NCBI GenBank assembly: GCA_964036045.1
Contig: OZ038378.1
Location: forward strand, 147,064,001-147,128,000
Length of the DNA: 64,000 nt
Origin: Eutreptiella sp. 'Long Island Sound 2002'
Taxonomy: Eukaryota > Protista > Euglenida
Reading direction: 5' to 3'
Shown: positions 36,105 through 50,246 of the stretch, one piece after another
How positions within the stretch are numbered: the first letter of the stretch is position 1
Layout of the letters: every line of letters starts with the position of its first letter
Made by a program: the position numbers and the translations under genes
The notes under the pieces: model-generated
Told to the model about the DNA's origin: nothing
What the model saw: the letters and a program-made list of their open reading frames with translations, nothing else
Databases searched by the model: none

Positions 36105-36835
36105 ATTCACTATTTTTTTGAGGTTTTTTTGTGGTAAAACAACACCTTGTGCCGGGACTCAATTAGTACCGCAAATAATCCCCCCCCCCATGTCCCCCAA
36201 CCGAGACATGGATGCCATTTTTGTAACGTGCCCGCTCCACAGGCAGTGTTATTTCCGTGAGCATGCCCGTTACACAAGCACTGTATGAAACTTTTTCTTG
36301 TGAGTCCAAACGACCTTGAACTCTTGGACATGTTCAGGGGGCATTTCAGGGATAGGCTAAGGATTGGACAATGAGGCTAAGCTGGACGTTGCAGCCTTCT
36401 TGGCAGCCCCTTTGGCAGCAGGCTTGGCTGGTTTGGACCTTACAGGTGCCTTCACCTGCTTGGGCACCTGGTGCTCCTTGCAAATATCACGGTTCAAGTA
36501 CAGTTTGCCATCGAACACATGACCCTATCCCCAAACCCCACGGGCAGCCTTTGTCCACCCACGCTGCAATAGGGGACGGAGGTTGTGGGAGTTCAGGGTC
36601 CCCAGTCAAAACCACAATGGCATCACTTTCCGTGGTACCAGACATGATCGCATATGGCAATCATTTGTGTCTGTACGAGAAAAGGAGTCAACTCCGATAG
36701 TGGGGACCGGCACACAAAGAATAATAGAGCACAACATGACCACCCCTTGTCAAAAGAAATTCAAAGTGACAGTCCCCCATATGGGGGGGGGGATTGCAAG
36801 GGGTCGGGAATTACAAGGTGGGGGGGGGGGGGGTA

Positions 36836-37375
36836 GGATCAGGGTTTTGCTTAGCCACCCTAGGGGGGGGGGGGTTAATTCAGGGACCCACCCACCCAGA
36901 ATTTTGGCATACCCACAGACCGACAAATGTCCCACCCACCCCCCCGGGGGGGGGGGGGGGGGTCTGACACCCACCCACCCACCCACCCACCCACATACCC
37001 AACTGAGACATGCAATACAGAAGACCAAGTTTTTCACAGAGGTGAACAACCATCATGTTTTACCGTTGCCCCCTTCGCATTTGACACAAATGACAATGCA
37101 TCCTAGCCCCTTTATGGGCGTGGGGCATGCACATGTGATATGCAATACCATGTAAGCACACCATAAATAAACATGTTACATGGAACCTGCAACAGAAGAA
37201 AGAAAGAAGTGGCACTGGCTCAATAGACCCAAGGGCCCCCACAAAGTCCCACCCCACCCCGGGGGGGGGGGGGGGTGGTTGGACACCCACCCACCCTGAA
37301 ATTCTGCCAGACCCCCCCCCCCCGGGGTGGGGTAGGACGGACACTAAGCAAAACCCTGGGTAGGATCTGTATGGT
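36836..37375. mobile_element. MITE-like element with inverted cagggttttgcttag / ctaagcaaaaccctg
   Basis: 15-bp perfect inverted repeat at ~36840 and ~37345, with internal polyC/polyG and (CCCA)n. Confidence 0.5.
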
Positions 37376-40300
37376 AGGTGTGTTGGAATGGGACCTGGTG
37401 CGTTTCATACCTGCTTGGAGAACACACCGAATACGGCGTCTGCTATCATGCCATATGACATCAGTAAGTTCAGAGTGATACAGCACGGTATCTTGGGGGA
37501 CCAACAACCATCTTTGGTTGTTCAGAGAGCGAAACGTAGGCAAGCATCAGTAGCTCAAGGGAGCATGATCATTACCCAGCTTTGTATGGAAAAGCACAAT
37601 ACAAAACTGAGACTTAGAACGCAAAGGCTATATTTATTGCCTGCTTGGCGGGAACTTGTGGATGGGGGCAGGATTGCTATGGACCATGCCCACCAGCCGA
37701 CGAGCGGAGTTTCAAACCCTCCTAAAGTCCGAAGGTCGAGAGCTGTGGCCACTCTACTATGACGAGTCTTTGCAAAAAAGTCATGAAAATCGAACACCGC
37801 TAGCGTAAAGGACCGTACACTAGGAAGGTAGGGATCCCTTTCTCAATCCCTGCCTTCCTGGGGACTTGTAAATCAAACTTTCAATAAGACATTCTCTCAA
37901 TGATCTAGTCAATTTTGTGAGGTTTGTGTTTACCAGCATTTGGAGGGCTCCGGAAGATCCGCCGTTTGTTGACCGTGGGCTTCACGGGGCGGGGAGCGTG
38001 GGGGGATGGCATGCACACGGTGTCATTGAACTGTTTGCATACTAGGACAATGGAAAACCTGTTTAAAAACCACATCTCCTCAGGATGTCAGGACATCCTC
38101 CATGTGGAGGTTCGAAGGCTGTGGTTACAAGGACAGGTAAGTGAAGATTCTGGGGTAGAAAAGAGAATGATTGGAATAATTGGATTGATAGAACAAGTCC
38201 TTACTCTTGGGGACTCGGACTTGGGGAATCAAAGAGCTAAACCTTTTTATAGATGACCATGCCATGGTATGTTAGCAGCCACCATGGCATGCATGGCTAC
38301 AAACTGCAGTGTTTCCAAACAAGGATAATGGGCGGCAGGGCTGTGACTGGACTAATTCCCCACTAGGACAATTGAGCATCAGGTCCAAGCTCTGTCATCC
38401 AAGATAGATAGGAAAGCGGCTGAGATGCCTCAACAACTGCATCAATGCGGCAGCCATGGTGCAGAAGTCCCCAGCCACACAGGGCACTGATCACAACAAA
38501 CAAAAGAAAAAGAAAAAGAAAAAGATGAATTCCGTGCCCTCTCGACCCCATGATCCAAAATGTGAACGCATGCATGCGCAGTTCCCCTTCCTCCAAGCCC
38601 CAGGCAGAGTTCTAGGTTATGCTGACCGCCCTGCGTCCTGTGTGTTTTTGTAGGTTGTATGGGCGAAGCACGTACTTAGATTGGTCTTTGAGGCCATTAG
38701 CACAATGGGCAAAGCGCCCTGTTGCACACTAGGCCACCCCACCCCTTTAGGCAGGTAAGGGCACCAAAATTTTGGCATCTGCTTAGGCTTGGGTGTAGCC
38801 GTAATGCGCAATTGCACGTTACAATGAATGTATATCTAGAATATGTATGGTTTTGTGGGAAGAGGTGGAGAAAAGAAGGGGTAACCTCAGTGACCTCTTC
38901 AGTTGGTCCCCAACAGAGACTTGGTGGCTGTTTGAGATGGTAAGTGTGAGGGCTGTGCAGTGATATCACATTTATTGGTGGTCAAGGGAGAAAACTGTGG
39001 TGCAGTACCATGGTACAGACAATACATGGCAATGGGCTTCAAACCTAACATCTTTTCCAATCTATTACTTACTTAACACGTTAACATGTTGAGGAGAAGG
39101 GGTAGGTTGCACACATTTACATGAGTGTCAACGCGCAATTGGACGTTTTGCTTGTGTTACTTTAACCCCTCCCCCCCCGAGGATCTGTAACAGCACAGGA
39201 AACATACAAAATTGGACATTGGACCCCTGCCAACACATTGCATACCAGAAAAACTGGAATCAATACACATCAACTCTCATGGGGGACTTTTTTTTGTTCC
39301 GGCTCAAAAGAGCATGATGGAGCCAAAGATGTGGCTATGCATCTAGGCAACCGGTGCCTATTTTGTTGGCGCCCAACAATGAATGGCAGCGTGTGGGCCA
39401 ATGGTAGCTGACTGGCGCAGTCCACGAATCATCGAGACTGTCCTGTCATACATGTTGTCGTCGCTGTCATCCACTTGTACTTTTCACATAAGCAGTGCAT
39501 CAGGGCCTCGCGGCTCAGGCCTGGACTATGGGAGCTACCGTAGCAGCCAGCAATCATGACAAAAAACCGTGGTTCTCCGCAACGCCCCATTGAGGGGCCC
39601 TCAGGGAGCAATGCTGTCTTTGGTGCCCCCACCCACCAACTTTGGGGATACCCCTTCACTGCCAGGTTCCTGCCCACTGCCTGCAGCTTCTCCATAGCCT
39701 GGGCACCTAACAACGCACATGACATGCACTTATCTAATCTTCCCGGAAGAAGGGAACACAGTACTGAGCGGGGATTAGGTGAGTGGGCATCCCGCCCCCC
39801 GGGACAGCGCCGGACTCCGCGCATGGGGTCCCGCTCTGTGGTTTGATCTTTCAGCCCAAAATCGCCAGCCCCATCCCCCCGGGCTCCAACACCAGATTGG
39901 CCTCCATCCACGTTGTGCCCTTGCCGCTGCCTCCATTTGCGACCGCTAACCCCTGCCCCTCCCGTCGCAAGAGCGGCCAGGACAAGTCACCAACCCTCTT
40001 GGAGAGTAGAGTGAGGCACCTGCCAACGCGCTTCGCATGCGCCTTCATGAGTTGCACGAAGTAAGAAGTCACAAGTTGTACCGTCAGGCCCTCCCCCTGC
40101 TCCTCACAATACTTTCTTTACCATCAAAAACGTCGACGGCAGTTTGAATCGGCGTCCCGTTTGAAAATGTTGTTACGTGCCCTTAGCTCTGGATTTACTG
40201 GTTCCCAGGCTCTGGACTTCCTGCGGCCTGCACAACGCTACAAACCACATTTGCTATGAGACTGGGACCCCAAAAATGATGGTTCCCTCCAAAAAGGCCC

Positions 40301-41129
40301 AAAAGTGCAGAAACACAGGGTCGCCGTGTTGGGACAAGCCCGTGTCAGGACAAGGGAGACAAAATGATCCCCCAATGATTTTGTGATTTTGAGCCCTCCC
40401 CCCCCCCCCCGTCCCAGGTACCGCTTGTTAAGGGGGGCAGGGGTTGGGGCGGAACCATTGCCAAATGTTGCGGCCAGGGATTTGATCCAACATCCAGTCG
40501 ACAGCCGCCGGATGCCTTATTCGCTTGACCACTGTGTTGCCATACTCAAAACATGCTTCCCATCAGCTGTAGATATAGGCTCCCACCTAAAAAAAAAAAA
40601 TCAAACTGGGTCCTCTGGCTGCCTGCCTAGCTGCCGGATTGACTGCCTGCCTCCCTGTATGCCTACCTGCCTGCTTGACTGAATGGCTGACTGTCTGATT
40701 GACTGACAAACTGTCAGCCTAACTGACTCTGGTGTTCTAGCACTCTCTGTGAGGTACCTTACCGAAGGCAATAGACTTTTTCGATTTCCACCCCCGTACG
40801 CCCCTGTACCTGGGTACCCCATTTTGGGGTTGGGGATGGGGGTCAAGACTTCTTTGTAAATTGTGGCTACTGTGTGTGGATTTGGACCCAAGTCCTCAGA
40901 AAACTTTGGTATATGGACCCCCTAACCTGTGGTGGGAGTCCCGGATCCGAACTCCGGGTAACCCCGGTTGCCCCCCATGGCCCCTTGAGGGAAAGGACTT
41001 AGCCATTTTCACGTGAGTTAGGTTGTTTAGTGGCACCTAGAAGAAATTTCCAAATACGACTTTTTCCGAAACCTTTCCGTCACCCCTGGGATGACTCGGT
41101 CGCAACCCAAGGGAACCAAGTTGGTGGGG

Positions 41130-41187
41130 ACGCACGCACGCACGCACGCACGCACGCACTCACGCATGCACGCACGCACTCACACAT

Positions 41188-41222
<35 letters not shown>

Positions 41223-41228
41223 CACACG
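41130..41228. repeat. (CGCA)n microsatellite; further simple repeats at 41630-41670 (CA), 42197-42278 (CCCT), 42305-42336 (CT), 40615-40720 (CCTG/GACT)
   Basis: Direct inspection. Confidence 0.95.
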
Positions 41229-42303
41229 ATTGACGCGAGACGAACAGGCAGACAAACAGAGCACAGCACTGGTCGCTAACGAATCTCGTCAGGCCGTAAG
41301 AAAGTAGAAGAAGGAGTGGAAAAGCATGTGGCTGGGCGCCTTTCTGCAGTACAACAGAGTCCTCACCAGGAGGCACCGGCTGGTGGGGCGATCCACGTAT
41401 TGTGTCCACCCCTGCAAGCAAGAAACAGCACGAAACAGGCCCTGTGCCCTGTCCCTTCTGCACCCCTGCCCCGTGCCCAGTCAGAGCCCGCAACCAACAG
41501 TCCTGTGTACTACCCGGACGATTCGGAAATTGAGAACCTGGACGTACCACCCGTCACCGGCTGGACACACACACACAGCCTGTGGCAGCGCTGCTGGCGT
41601 GACCTGTCAAGGGGCCCCCCGTCTGAATTCCACACACACACACACACACACACGCACGCACACGCACACACATGGAATTTGCTGGGAAAAAATTCCGACA
41701 ATACTTGCCTCAAAACAGTCAGTGCATGATGTGGATCATTTGGCGGTAGATGTTTTCATGAATTCGTACTCCGCTACGTCGGTGGGGTGTGGTCCTGCTG
41801 TGAACCACGTGGGCAGTTCTCTGGAGGGTGGCCTTGTATTTGCCATTCTGTGTCATGACACAATCATTGACAGGATACTTTGTAGCTGTGAAGGTACCCG
41901 TTGCAAAAAACCCGGGGTCTGGGAGTGGCCATTTGCGTGCCATCGTGTGTCGTGCTGACGCCTTACTTCGCTTGCCTGTGCTTTTTTTGCTTTGGGCGTT
42001 CACAGGAATCTTGATGAGCAGGACGGTTTTGTCAGCTCAGTGCTGTTGCCACGATGCTTTCACACAGTACTGTGTTGGAGTAGTCTGACCAAATCTTGGA
42101 ATACTCACCTCGCCATCCAGTCTGCAGCAAATCATATATGAGTGTGACCTTAGTGGTAGATCCCAATGTAATTTCTGTTGAATGTTGCACCTGTCCCTCC
42201 CCCCCTCACTCCCTCCCTCCCTCCCTCACTCACTCACTCCCTCACTTCCTCCCTCCCTCCCTCCCTCCCTCCCTCCCCTTGCAGTCGCTAACATACATCA
42301 CCT

Positions 42304-42335
<32 letters not shown>

Positions 42336-44244
42336 TTACGAGTGAGAGGCCGGGAGGGAAGGAGGGAGGGGGAGAGAGAGGCCCCAGTGAATAAACATGT
42401 GAAGGAGGGCAGTAGCCTTTGTGCTCAGGGGCAGTACACGGTTGTGCCCTCAGGGTCCAAAGGGCGGTCCCCCTACCAAGGAGGGACACCAGCATGGGTC
42501 AGCAGGGTTCGTACTCATGCGGGATCGCTGGCCATTCGGAGTCTGCCAGAGGCCGCCAGAAGACCCGGATCCCTGCGTGTAAGACCCAAATGAATGGAAA
42601 TCATACCCATCCCCCCACCCCCAGGGGGACTGGGGGGGGGGCGGGCTGTCACCAAATGACGCTTCCCCCCCCGGGGGGGGGGGGGGGCGCACACCACACA
42701 ACAGTTCACCTGAATTCCACTATACCCAACTAAAATTTTTCTTCGGCGCCTTTGGCGCCTGTGATTTCCTGTCGACTTCTTATTGTTCATGGGCCAAGTG
42801 ATGCCCCCCCCCCCCCCCCCTCACGGGGGGGCTGGACAAAGGGGGGGGTACACAAACTGCCTGGTTCACAAACCAAAGCCTTCCAGATGAGTTCTGAGCC
42901 GTGCGTTGGATCGTTCAATGGCTCCTCTCCGTCCGTGTGCGCGCTCGCCAGTCGGGGGCGTCTCAGTAAGGGCAGGCATGGCCCCGCAGCTGTGCTCCAG
43001 CCACACCTGCCCTCACACGGCCCGCATTGCCTTCTCATTTCCCTTCGTGGGCGACTGGGCAGTAAATGTTCCATGGGCCCCTTGTGCTGCCCCCCCCCCC
43101 CCCCCTCCCTCTGGCAAGAGGCAGGGGCATCCTGGTTCAGGGCTTGAGCGCCGGGACTACGTTCGGGTCGTGGCGTACGTTCCATGTTGGGTCACGCTGC
43201 TCTTGGGGAGTGCTTGCTGTTGCTGGGCTGCATCCGTTTGGGGGGGGGGGGCGTCTCACCGATGGAGAGGGGTGCTCTAGGGCTACCATGCACGGCTAAG
43301 CGCCCCCCCCCATCAATAAGGTCTTCCTTGCGGTGGATGCAAAGGCTACATTTGTATCAACACCAGGGGCCATGTCCCGCAACACTGTGATGATCCACGG
43401 CCTCGGCGGCCGGTAGGGGCTGGCTTCGTTAGCACGTGTGTAAGTTAGAGTGCGCACAACCACTGGTTGCCAAACTGCAGATGATTCAAATGGGCGCCAA
43501 ACACCGGCACGTGGGTCCCCCCTTTGGAGGTCAGGCATGCCCCAGCAGCTGTTCACGGCTTCGAGTAAAGTTGGGCAGGAAATTGGGCAAGAAATCGGTC
43601 GCCTTTGGTGGCAAATGAAGGGGTTGGTCACAGAGGGAAGACCGGTGCTCGAGTCATGAGAGGGGGTGATGAGGGCGGTCATGAGGAGTGAAGGGACCGC
43701 TGGCCCAACCCCAGCTCCACGGGTGGAGGTCAATGGGCGGCGGTAGGAGGGGAAGCGGCGGCAGGTGGCGACTACAGCCGTGCCTTGGGGCGGTCCTTAA
43801 TGCAAAAAAAAAAAACAGGTCAACGTCCTTCGGGGCTGCCCTTGGGGTGGTTTGGTGGTCAGCTACCAAGCGGTTACTCCAATGGGGCTGCACTCCCCCC
43901 TGTACTCTCCGTGCACTGGACATGCCCCGTCTGTCGCTGGCTGCATCATCATCGGCTGCGGTCGGCGTACCGCCACAAATTGCCCCTCAAAGCCCTCGCG
44001 ACCAGCCCTCCCCCACGTATGCCCCCACAGGCCCTGCACTGCAGCGGTCGGACCCTCCAGAGTCGTGGCATGGCACCAGCAGCTTCGCCACCGCGTGGGT
44101 TGGGGCCCTCTTTGCAGAACCGGGGCCTCCGGCCGCAGCTCCGCCTTAATGGACCATCAGCGTTCCTGCGCACCTTCCCGCACCTCCGCAACGGCCCCGA
44201 TGCCTCATGGGCCGATGTGCAGTCCGCCACTACAGAGGGCGGGC

Positions 44245-44488
44245 GGGGGGGGGGGGGGGGATTTGGCCCCAAGTCAAATTCGCGGTGGCAAATTTCGCGG
44301 TGGGCAATATCGCGGAGCCCCCTGGATTTTGTGTGGTACCCCCCGCCAGAGTCCACAAATGTGTACCGCTGGTGTGCGAGAAATCCGCGGAGAACTCTAA
44401 ATTGCGCGTGGGAAATTTCGCGGTCAATTTGACACGCAAAATTTCCCACGCGGAAGCAAAGGGCCACGAAATCCCCCCCCCCCCCCCC
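44245..44488. mobile_element. short MITE-like element with polyG/polyC ends and internal AAATTTCGCGG repeats
   Basis: Gn-atttggcccc ... gggccacgaaat-Cn, with ~6 copies of aaatt(t)cgcgg-like motifs. Confidence 0.45.
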
Positions 44489-45112
44489 ACGAGAGGCCAA
44501 TAGGCGCCGCCACAGGCCAACCGAGCCAACCACCAAGGCCTTGTGCCAAACCCCCCCCCCCCCACCCCCCGTACGCACACGGACAGCACTGCGAGGCCCC
44601 GTGCCCCTCTCCCATGCAAGCCCCCCCCTTACCTGAGCCTCTGGGGTGGTCTGAATCCCCGTGGCCGTCCCACGCGGTGGTGGTCAGTTCCAGACCCCAA
44701 CCCGCGCGGCGTGGGCGGCGGGGGGGCGGCGAAGCCATGATGGGCTGCCGGGGCTCATGAGAAGGCACTCCAGAAATGTCTCGGAATCAAGGGTCAGGGC
44801 TGTCCAGTGCTACGATGGTCCCACAAGACGGTGCGGTAGGGGACATCACACTTGGTGAGGGTCGGCCATAACTTCCCCCGTTTACCAGCCATCACACGTG
44901 GGGGGAGATGGAGGAAATGGGGGGCGGGGGTGACTCCGGGCCCCAGTCCACAGAGGGCAACCCAAAGCTGCCGGGCGCTGCTGGCGCCCAAATGGGGTGT
45001 CCCTCAGTGTTCACAGTGGGGGGGGGGGGGGGGCGCCTGGCGCGCAAGGGCCCCCTTTGTGGCCGCCCACCTCAACGGCACGGGGGCGCTGGGCCCGGCG
45101 CTGCGGGGGGCG

Positions 45113-45268
45113 TTAGGCCTTCTTCTTCTTCTTCTTCTTCTTGTCGCTCGCCGGGCGGTTGATGATGGGCGGGAACAGCACCTCCTTCCAGTTGGCAACA
45201 AACCCCAGGTCGTACACGTGCCTCTGCTGCCGGAACTCGTCCATCTTGTCATTGTCTTGATACCACTC
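45113..45268 (-). CDS. DHHC palmitoyltransferase (ZDHHC4/Swf1-like), exon 6 (terminal)
   Basis: tgcag| acceptor, 156 nt, EWYQD...HVYDLGFVANWKEVLFP (PaCCT motif), ends KKKKKKKKA* (KKxx ER-retrieval-like). Confidence 0.9.
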   Translation of the reverse strand, partial: EWYQDNDKMDEFRQQRHVYDLGFVANWKEVLFPPIINRPASDKKKKKKKKA

Positions 45269-47730
45269 CTGCACGGCACACGCAGTGGGCTCCTTGAGGC
45301 AAACCTCGCTGATGCGCACCTCACCCCCCCCCCCCACAAAATGCTGCCACATGGCGATGGAGAAAGCAACCCGCCACTGCACCACGGCGGCGGGGGGGGG
45401 GGGGGAGGGGACTACAACTGGACCTGATGCGCCCCCCCCCCCGCTATCTGTCAACCATGGTCCCTGCACCACTATCTCTCAAAACTCGGGGGGGGGGGGG
45501 GCGTCGCATACAAGGACCCCCCCCCCTGTGCACTGCACACCGCAAAGTGTTCCATTGTTGAGTCATCCATCCGCCTGACATCTCCACTGGTCAAGAGAAG
45601 GCCTATGAGCCTTCATCCACAAGCAGTCATGAATGAACCAAAAAGCGGCCATGCACCGCCGCCTGTCCTGAAGGGCTGTACAGCAGTGGCAATCTCTGTG
45701 TCAAGGAACCCCCCCCCCCCCGGAGCACCTGCTGACCCCCCCTTGGGATTGCCTTGGCCCTGCCCAACAGAAACACACTGGACCTGGGCGTTAGCGGACC
45801 GATCGGGTTGGCCGACCCTTCAGCTCGGCGGGCCTCCCGCCGGCCAACGGTTCTGTTTGGGGGGGAGGGGGGGGCATACGGGAAATATGCCGCTTGGCGA
45901 TTCCGGATGGGCCCACTTGTTCAAGTTTGGGAGGGGCTATAGTCCGCAGTGTTTGTCCACAAAATGGGGGGTTGGGCGGTGGCAGTGGGACAGTCCCTCT
46001 GCCTCAGGTGCCGCTTCTGCCCCATGGCGTCTACTCCACTGCCCCCGCCGGCAGCCTTCCCCTTCAGTGCCATGGGGCTATAGGGGGGATGACGGGAACC
46101 TCCGAAATCGGTGGGCCAAAGGTCTACCTTGCTTCATCCGATAGCACCCCTTCCTCCCCCCTCAACCGCACAACACGGGGCGGTGTCTACCATCGGCACA
46201 CGGCGGACTGTAGCACCCGGTGCCTGGTCTGTGACACCGTGTGCAAGGGCAACCGCTACTGGCACGGGCCCCTCCTTCCGAATGGGCCTTCGGCCAAGGG
46301 GTCTCTGGGTGTGAAGCGGTCTGGGGCTGGGGGACGTTGGTGTGGTCAGACAGGCCTGGCGTATGCAAGGCAGGCGCATGTGCTGCTGGAACCCATACTG
46401 CAGCCCCACGAAGACCATGACGAGGGGGGCACCAAATGCACCAAAACACAATTCATCTGAAGCACCCTTTGTTTGCAGCTTTTACAAGACAGAACCTGGA
46501 GGCTGCGAAGGTGAGTCCTCAAGTCCTTGGTGCCTGTTGGTGGTGCAAGACCAGAATCATCTCGCACCCTTAAGATAGGCCTTCCCCTCGCAAAGGGAAG
46601 GTGCACTATTGTCTTTGGATGATACTACAGAGGAAGCTGCCTGATATTCATCTGAAGCACCCTTTTTTTTATTTTTTTGAGAGAGGGGGGGTGCAGACCA
46701 GGATGAGCTGGAGAGGCGCGCGCAACTGACAGCACTCGAGATAACTCTCAGAATCAAGCTTCAGAGCTGTCCAGTTCTACCCCTGTCCCATACAGTACTG
46801 TGGTAGCACACTTAACGCACAGTGCCAATCAACGGAATCTGAAACCAGGAGATGCAGTGGGGAAACCACGCCCCCAGGCTTCCCAGCATGTTCCTGAGGC
46901 GCAACAGACGATGGCCTGAAAAGGACAGCAGAGTGCGGAATCAACAGGAGCAGAGGAAGCGAGCGGCTGGCAGTCCCGTGCTCAGTTCCGAGGAAGGTCA
47001 GCGACCACTGCGGTTCCAGCAGCACTGTATTGATTTGCAGAAGCACTGTCTTTGGATGTGCACCTTGCGTCTGCTGAACAGCCCCAAAGAGGTCTGTTGG
47101 ACGTGACGCCACCTCCGGCTCGTCAGGCTCAACACCGGGGGGTTGGCATTTTCCAGGGGCACAAAATCTTTGCAATGTGCGTGGGTGCTCCGCGTGCAGA
47201 GGCAGGCCCGGTGCTGTGGGACGGTGACAATGTGTGGCTGGGGGATGATGGCGGGGGGTTTGGGGATGATGGCGGTGGGGCCATGCCCTCCCGCCCCAAA
47301 AACACATGTTCACGGAACGCGCCCCGCCTTCTCCCTAAAATTCCCCTTCATCCCCCTTCCCCGCATCCCCTTGACCCCTTCCCCAGGCAACGCCCTGATG
47401 CATCCAGCCAGTCACCCGCGGTGCCCGCAGGGTCCCGTGTGGAAGGGAGCCCCACACCGCAGCAGAGTACACCCGCGAGGCTCTGCAAGATTGCCTGGAG
47501 CCACGCACCCCCACCGCAGGGCAGTCACACGGTGCCATACGCAGGCACACGATGCCTCGGCTGCTGCTTTGTGCCGTCACAATGGTCTGTCCGAGAACAC
47601 CTTGACAGGGCGGACTTGCAATGCAATTCGTGGCTGCCAACTCAGACCGCCTCCAAACACAGAAGCAAGACAGGCTGCGCATGCATGGCCTCGCCCGCCC
47701 ACAGGCACCCGCTTGCTCACAAACACAGAC

Positions 47731-47822
47731 CTTGGCATCGCTCCACTTAAACGACTCATTGGAGGTGATGTTCCGGGACACCAGCCACGCATGGTACCCA
47801 AAGAAACCGAACATCATGATCC
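47731..47822 (-). CDS. DHHC palmitoyltransferase, exon 5
   Basis: ctcag| and |gtctgt, 92 nt, phase 1/0. GIMMFGFFGYHAWLVSRNITSNESFKW (TM4 + TTxE-like motif). Confidence 0.9.
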
Positions 47823-48591
47823 CTGAGAACAGTGGCGCAGGGGGCTGCCCGACAGGCAAGGCCCCACCACAAGCCCCCATCTGCACACCACAGGCTCTCG
47901 AGGCAGATGCTCTCGTTCGCCATGGGCACTCTCGCTTTCACCGTGGGTACATGTGCACACTGCAGAGTAATTCCTGTGTGGACGCAATATCCCGGTTTGC
48001 TGGTCGCTGAGTGGATGCCCTGCGGCCACGCCCTGGGCCGCATCCTTCTGGGAATAGGGAATGGGGAACCAAAACCGTGTCCCATGGATGAACCGTCAAA
48101 AACTTTCTTCAATTCCGCAGAATTCCCCTCAGTTTTGTTGAGCTTCCTCAGTCAACCCGCATCGCATCCTCCGTGTTGGTGACCACCAGCCTTCCCTGAC
48201 ACGACCGCCCTGTGCACACAGCTCCGGCCTCCGGGCAACCGCCAGCACAGTCCGGGTGCGGACTCCCAAAAGGGGCGCCGGGCTGACGGAAGGTGGACTC
48301 AGAGGGAAAAGAGTGACCCCTTCGCTTCCCGGATGATGGGCTTGGTGCCTCCATTGTGCTTTCTTTCTGAAAAGAGCCCTGCCTTTGGGAAGGGACCACC
48401 ATTGATTCACTTCCAATGCATGAACCTGCTGCGGCAGTACCCCCCATCCAAACGATGCTGCACTTCAGATGTCCTTGGACCCCAAACAACTACACATGTG
48501 ACGAGGGCTTGTCGAATGCCCCGTAGCCTCTAGCACCCCAGCCCTGCACCAACTGCAGCCCTGGCAAGCAGCTCTCCTACAGCCCAAGAAC

Positions 48592-48736
48592 CTAAAGTGG
48601 CCATGAACAACATAATGCCCATGATGAGGGAGTACTTCTGCAGCAGGTACATGAAGACCACGTAATGCGACGTGTTCAGGTGTGTGCCATCCGCAAGCAC
48701 AAACTGCACATGCAGCAGTCGCTTTGACGTGACAAC
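48592..48736 (-). CDS. DHHC palmitoyltransferase, exon 4
   Basis: cacag| and |gttctt, 145 nt, phase 0/1. VVTSKRLLHVQF...YLLQKYSLIMGIMLFMATL. Confidence 0.85.
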
Positions 48737-49424
48737 CTGTGGCAAGGCATGTTCACATCCAGGTACCCCTCCCTCCCACCAACTCCCTCCGGAGCCCCTT
48801 GTCCGCCTTCCAATACTCATTGATAAGCAGCCTCATACTCTCTTTCATACACATCGTATGCATGCATCCAATACTCATGGACACACAGACACATCAAACT
48901 TTAGGACCCATTGGCCCCTGTTAAGTGTGTGCAGCTCTTCAAAATGAAGGAATCACACCAGCAAAAATGGCGTACAGTGCAGACCTGAACACACATCCCA
49001 ACCAACAATTTCTTGGTCATTTTGTGGATTATACGCTCTCATGTTGGCATGTCTTGCGTCGCGTCACACGTCCCCCTTGGGGGGATGGCGATACCGTCAC
49101 TTTGGGTATGCCCCCCCCCCGGGGGGGGGGGGGGGTGTGGAGACCCTTGCGCGCAGCCGGGGATTTCTCAATGGGGACGGAGCTACACAGCCCAAACAGT
49201 CTGTGTTCCCATGGGTTCCCAGTGCCCCCTCCTGTATTTGTGGAGCTGGGGCTGCTGTTTCCCCGGGGGGGCGACTACAACTGGTCCTGATGCGACCCAC
49301 CCCCCAACTATCTTTCAAAACTTGGGGGGCGTTGTCGCATGGTGCGTGCACGGTGCGCGCACGGTTCAATGTTTTTGGGATGGTTGCCCAACTTGTACCC
49401 CGTTGAATGGCCCCCATAGAAACA

Positions 49425-49620
49425 CACCCAGGGTCCTGATTTCTGCACCTTGCAGTCCATACTGGCATACCAGGATTCTTCAATTTTTAGTCTGATGCTT
49501 GTCACAGGTTCCAGGGTCCTATTTTCTGCACCCTGCAGCCCCTATTGGCGTACGGGGAATTTTTTTTTTGAATCTGATGCTTGTCACAGGTTCCAGGCTC
49601 CCAATTTCTGCACCTTGCAC
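49425..49620. repeat. ~82-bp degenerate tandem repeat, ~2.4 copies
   Basis: gggtcctRWTTTCTGCACC.TGCAG....tctgatgcttgtcacaggttccagg repeated. Confidence 0.75.
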
Positions 49621-49693
49621 GCACCTCCGTAACAAACCATGCACAGGCGACAACACAAGCGACAACACTGGTTGGGTTATGGGAATTTCAATT

Positions 49694-50030
49694 TCATCCG
49701 CCACAGCATTCTGGCTCATGATCATCAATTCTAGGGGCTTCAGCTTCCACTTCAGGTAATTGGGGCTCCAGCAAAGCGTCCATCGGCGCCTCATGGTGCA
49801 CAGGTTGGGGGGAATCGGGGCTCTCAGCAGTCACAATTGCAAACTCCAACCGCTCCTCGGGTGCATGCTCATACAAGACCTCTTCACCACCCAATTCGTA
49901 CCGAATAGAGACGCGACGCCCACCTCTTGGAGAAGGGTCAACGACAGTGGCCGACACCCTATCCCCGTTGGAGCGGTGGTAGTACACAGGCAGTCCGGCG
50001 ACAAGCTAGGGCAGCTCAGATTCAGGCATT
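49694..50030 (-). pseudogene. small ORF with SH3/Tudor-like barrel (LVAGLPVYYHRSNGDRVSATVVD..GGRRVSIRYE); in-frame TAG just upstream
   Basis: Homologous by eye to 18730-19155 and 23100-23393. The upstream reading is MPESELP*LVAG. Confidence 0.5.
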
Positions 50031-50246
50031 GTGGATCTGGTGGACACAGAATACGCAAAAGGACGCACGGTGCGCGCACGGTTCAGGCAACACCCCCTTG
50101 GGGGGGGGGGGGGGGGGGGGGTGTTCCTCCCGGGGGTCGGGGGGGTCTAGCCAGGGGTCGGGGGGGGGGGGGTTTCTGGCCGGGGTTCGGGGGGGGGGGG
50201 TCTAGCCGGGGGTCATGGGGGCGTCCAGCCAGGGGTGAGGGGGGGG

